A stretch of DNA of 64,000 bases from Azolla caroliniana (Eukaryota; Plantae; Polypodiophyta): assembly GCA_043228905.1 (NCBI GenBank), contig JBHGNT010000008.1:5642001-5706000 (forward strand). Reading direction: 5' to 3'. Both the position numbers and the translations under genes were made by a program. Shown here one piece after another: positions 61,309 to 64,000 of the stretch. The notes under the pieces were generated by a model that had not been told where the DNA came from, ran no database searches, and saw only the letters and a program-made list of their open reading frames with translations. Every line of letters begins with the position of its first letter. The first letter of the stretch is position 1.

Positions 61309-62456
61309 TGATGCGAAAGATATATGTATTATATGACGGAAGATATACAACAGTAGTTAGAAGGCTTAAGACTGGCGTTGAACCGATTTGGTTCGAACTA
61401 ATGCCTTGCGCCTCCTTTTATAGTGTCTTCAGGAATACTCCTGAAGTTTCTAGAATGTTCCAGAGAAATCTGGAATATACATCAATTTCCTAATAAAACC
61501 TAAATGAAAATAATATCCTTCAAATTACAACTCATAACCTAATGGTAAAGTCTCGACCCGTGTAACAAAAGGTTATGGGTTCGAGTCTAGTTATGACACT
61601 ACGTGGATGTTGGGCGTCACCACTTGAGGGAATCCGAACAACCTCCTGTCCACCGAGATATCCCTCATGATCATTTTGGCCCAGTAGGCCTCCAAGTAGC
61701 TTGTGGCATTCTTCCCACCGAATCGACTCAATGGCCCTGTCGAGGGCATCCGTTCCCTCGCGAGCGCTCACTAGCCGGTCGATGGCTACAGCCATAGCTT
61801 CAACAAGCTCGGATCCCCTCATCGTTCACTCCTTTGCTGCCTGATTCACGTCGGGTTCACCAAATATGTCGAGTTATTAGGCTCTTCGAGTGTGGAAAGA
61901 GGCGGGACCGCAGGGGCCTTGAACCAAGGAGCATGAGAACGAAGAGAGAGAGAGTAGCTTGCAGAAACACAGAAGGAGGAAGAGAGAGAGAGAAAAAAGT
62001 CTTAATTACTAAATCAATAACGATTACAACCGGCAAGCCGACAAAGGACCCAACTCAGGCGAACACACACACACACCCCTACTGCACTCAAGCAAAGGAA
62101 ACTCAGTCTGAAATCCTGCAGAGAATGACGAACGATGGAGGAGAGAGCTCGGTCCCAGTCTGGCAGCACTTCGTCCTCGCTCCTAAAACGCGATCCCTTC
62201 ATCCGCCTTCTTACTTCCCTTTTATAGGCCGTCGAGGCAAGCCGTTGCACCCTCGTTTTCATCAATTTATTCTCTGTCCTTTCGGACAGAGATACTCTTG
62301 GATTTCCTAGACATTCAATGTGTCACATCTAGTCTATCTACACCCATCGTCCTACTCCTAGTTATGTAGAAGGTATTAATTGGTGTGGGAAAGTGTAGGG
62401 CCGGTTCATGCGCCCAGCTTCGCCGATTCCGCTTTTGGCCGGTTTTCTTCACGATA

Positions 62457-63730
62457 GCGTGTTTGAAAGACCAATACGGCCTTCCCAACAGCAAAACATT
62501 TCTCCCTTGTGCCCCGTTGTTGATCTACGAATGCTTTACGCCGTCGCTGCTCTTGCTCGAGTACGGCCATACTATGGACCCGAGCCTCGCCTAATTCGAG
62601 AAGTTGTTGTAGCCGTATTTGCTCGGACTTGCCTTCTAACAATCGGTCTCGTACTTGAATTCTCAAACTGGGCACCTCGAATTCGATGGGCATTACGGCT
62701 TCTAACCCAAACACGAGCTAGTAGGGTGTGGACTGTACGCTAGTTTTGTAACTCGTTCAATATGCCCACAAGGCGTTGGTATCCCAATCTGTCCTATTCT
62801 CATTCATGATCTTTTTCATTATGGTCTATAAGGTCTTGTTTGTGGACTCCGCTAACCCATTCACCTTCCGGTAATATGGCGTGTTCTTCTTATGCACTAC
62901 GGTGTAATGGTGTGTTAGCTCATAAATGAACGAATTCAGAAAGTGGCTACTTGATCATTCATGAGCTCGATTGAGCAACCAAAACGACACCAAATGTATT
63001 CGTAAAGAAATTTTGTCGTGGATGCCGCCGTATTATCCCGTAACGCTTTTGCTTCTACCCACTTCGTGCAGTAATCCGTGGCTACGAGAATGTACTTATT
63101 GCCCGTCCACGCCGTTGTCGGCGTAAAGGGACCGACAAAATCCAGACTCCATTTTTGGAATGGATCCAGCGGAAGAACCGGTTGGTGCGTCATCCGTAGG
63201 TTGCCCCAACCATTGACATAGATCACACTGTCTATAGTATTGATATGTGTCTTTCTATTAGTTGGCAACCATAACCTTGCTTGCCATATTTTTTGGGCCG
63301 TAACATCGCCCACGTAATGTCTTCCAACTGTACCGCAATGAGCTTCGCGCAGAACGGCTTCCTTTTCATCCTGGCATATCCCGCATCACCAGATCCCATC
63401 ATTGCCCTTGTGGTGAAAAACCCCTTTGACCAGGCAAAAGTTACGACTGCGGACTAGCAGTCGTTTCTTCTCATCCATCGTTAGCTACGGAGGTGGCAGT
63501 CCCGTAATCAAAAAGTACGTCATTTCCACCAACCAACGATCCGGAAAAATTGTTCCTCCTTGTGATGCCCTAGTCGCGATCCTCAGAATGTCTGAATCAG
63601 GAAAGTCTTCATCGCCATTATCTACTCGGCTTAAGAAATCAGCTACGACATGCTTCATGCCTGGCCAATGCTGAATTGCGAAGTCGAACTCCTAGAGCAG
63701 CAACATCCATCTGGCCAGCCGGGCATGCCA
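62457..63730 (-). pseudogene. pol: RNase H end and integrase of element E (non-chromovirus gypsy)
   Basis: RLARWMLLL*EFDF, VADFLSR, PFQKWSLDFVGP, ATDYCTKWVEAKAL and FGLEAVMPIEF. The C-terminus continues at 37442-37200. Confidence 0.85.
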
Positions 63731-63734
63731 AAAG

Positions 63735-64000
63735 TGTTACCGATTAGGAACACTGTCTACTCTCAGTCCTTTGAGGTACACTTCAAGGTGATTGCGGTGC
63801 AAGGAATAGATCCGTAGGTGCGCGAAGCATAACAGGATTACAAAGCAACACGTATCGTGGGGGTGTGAAGGGAGACGGCTACAACCGAAGCTCACCAGTG
63901 TGTAATCTCGTATACACACTCACCCTACGCTTACTAGGCCATAGTTACCAACAGAGTGCTACACCGTAGCAATAGACGACTTACACAGACATGAGAATCA
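63735..64000 (-). repeat. 5' LTR of element E (partial, runs off the window)
   Basis: Terminus ...CGGTAACA on the minus strand followed by a PBS-like motif. Homologous to 11755-11970. Confidence 0.7.

Larger units (their letters stand above)
55823..61598 (-). mobile_element. Full-length, very young Tcn1/Tf1-sushi-like chromovirus H
   Basis: LTRs 55823-56295 and 61130-61598 appear identical except for (GA)n length. TSD CTACG. PPT AAAGGGGGGATAG. No tRNA-type PBS. Confidence 0.96.
37443..62456 (-). mobile_element. Decayed Ylt1-like Ty3/gypsy D, interrupted by G/F and H
   Basis: LTRs 37443-38066 and 61867-62456. 20-nt tRNA-Trp PBS at 61843-61862. TSD GCAT/GCGT. Gag pieces at 61604-61822 and 54828-55822, protease at 41125-41565, pol at 38150-41100, all homologous to element C. 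Confidence 0.9.
11755..64000 (-). mobile_element. Element E: old non-chromovirus Ty3/gypsy, gag-RT deleted, host of most nested insertions
   Basis: 5' LTR runs from 63735 past the window end and is clearly homologous to 11755-11970. PBS-like TGGCATGCCCGG at 63719-63730 is fused to RNase H (RLARWMLLL). Integrase lies at 62457-63500 and continues at 37442-37200 (GPYWI) across a 4-bp TSD. The 3' LTR is reconstructed as 17102-17190 plus 11755-12136. Confidence 0.65.

Overview
This window is almost entirely a nest of transposable elements from a plant genome. A non-seed plant (fern, lycophyte or bryophyte) is likely, inferred from the mix of Tcn1-like, Ylt1-like and non-chromovirus Ty3/gypsy elements with Ty1/copia. 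I found no host gene, rRNA or intact tRNA gene. The scaffold is an old, internally deleted minus-strand non-chromovirus gypsy (element E, ~11755 to beyond 64000) carrying a large extra 3' ORF. Insertions into E are a young copia (17715-23177), a near-intact Ylt1-like gypsy (23662-30687), a TIR element with a palindrome array (30825-34737), an AT-rich element (12137-17101) holding a MULE derivative, and a second Ylt1-like gypsy (37443-62456). That last element contains a tandem copia (41689-54827), a chromovirus inside the copia LTR (41744-48791) and a self-priming Tcn1-like chromovirus (55823-61598). The left 11 kb holds decayed copias and a non-autonomous LTR element (4279-6803). The most unusual signal is that two separate LTR elements carry a tRNA-3'-end-like (...CCA) motif where the polypurine tract should be. 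They therefore have PBS-like sites facing inward at both ends, which raises the possibility of tRNA-primed plus-strand synthesis. All boundaries and identities were read by eye.
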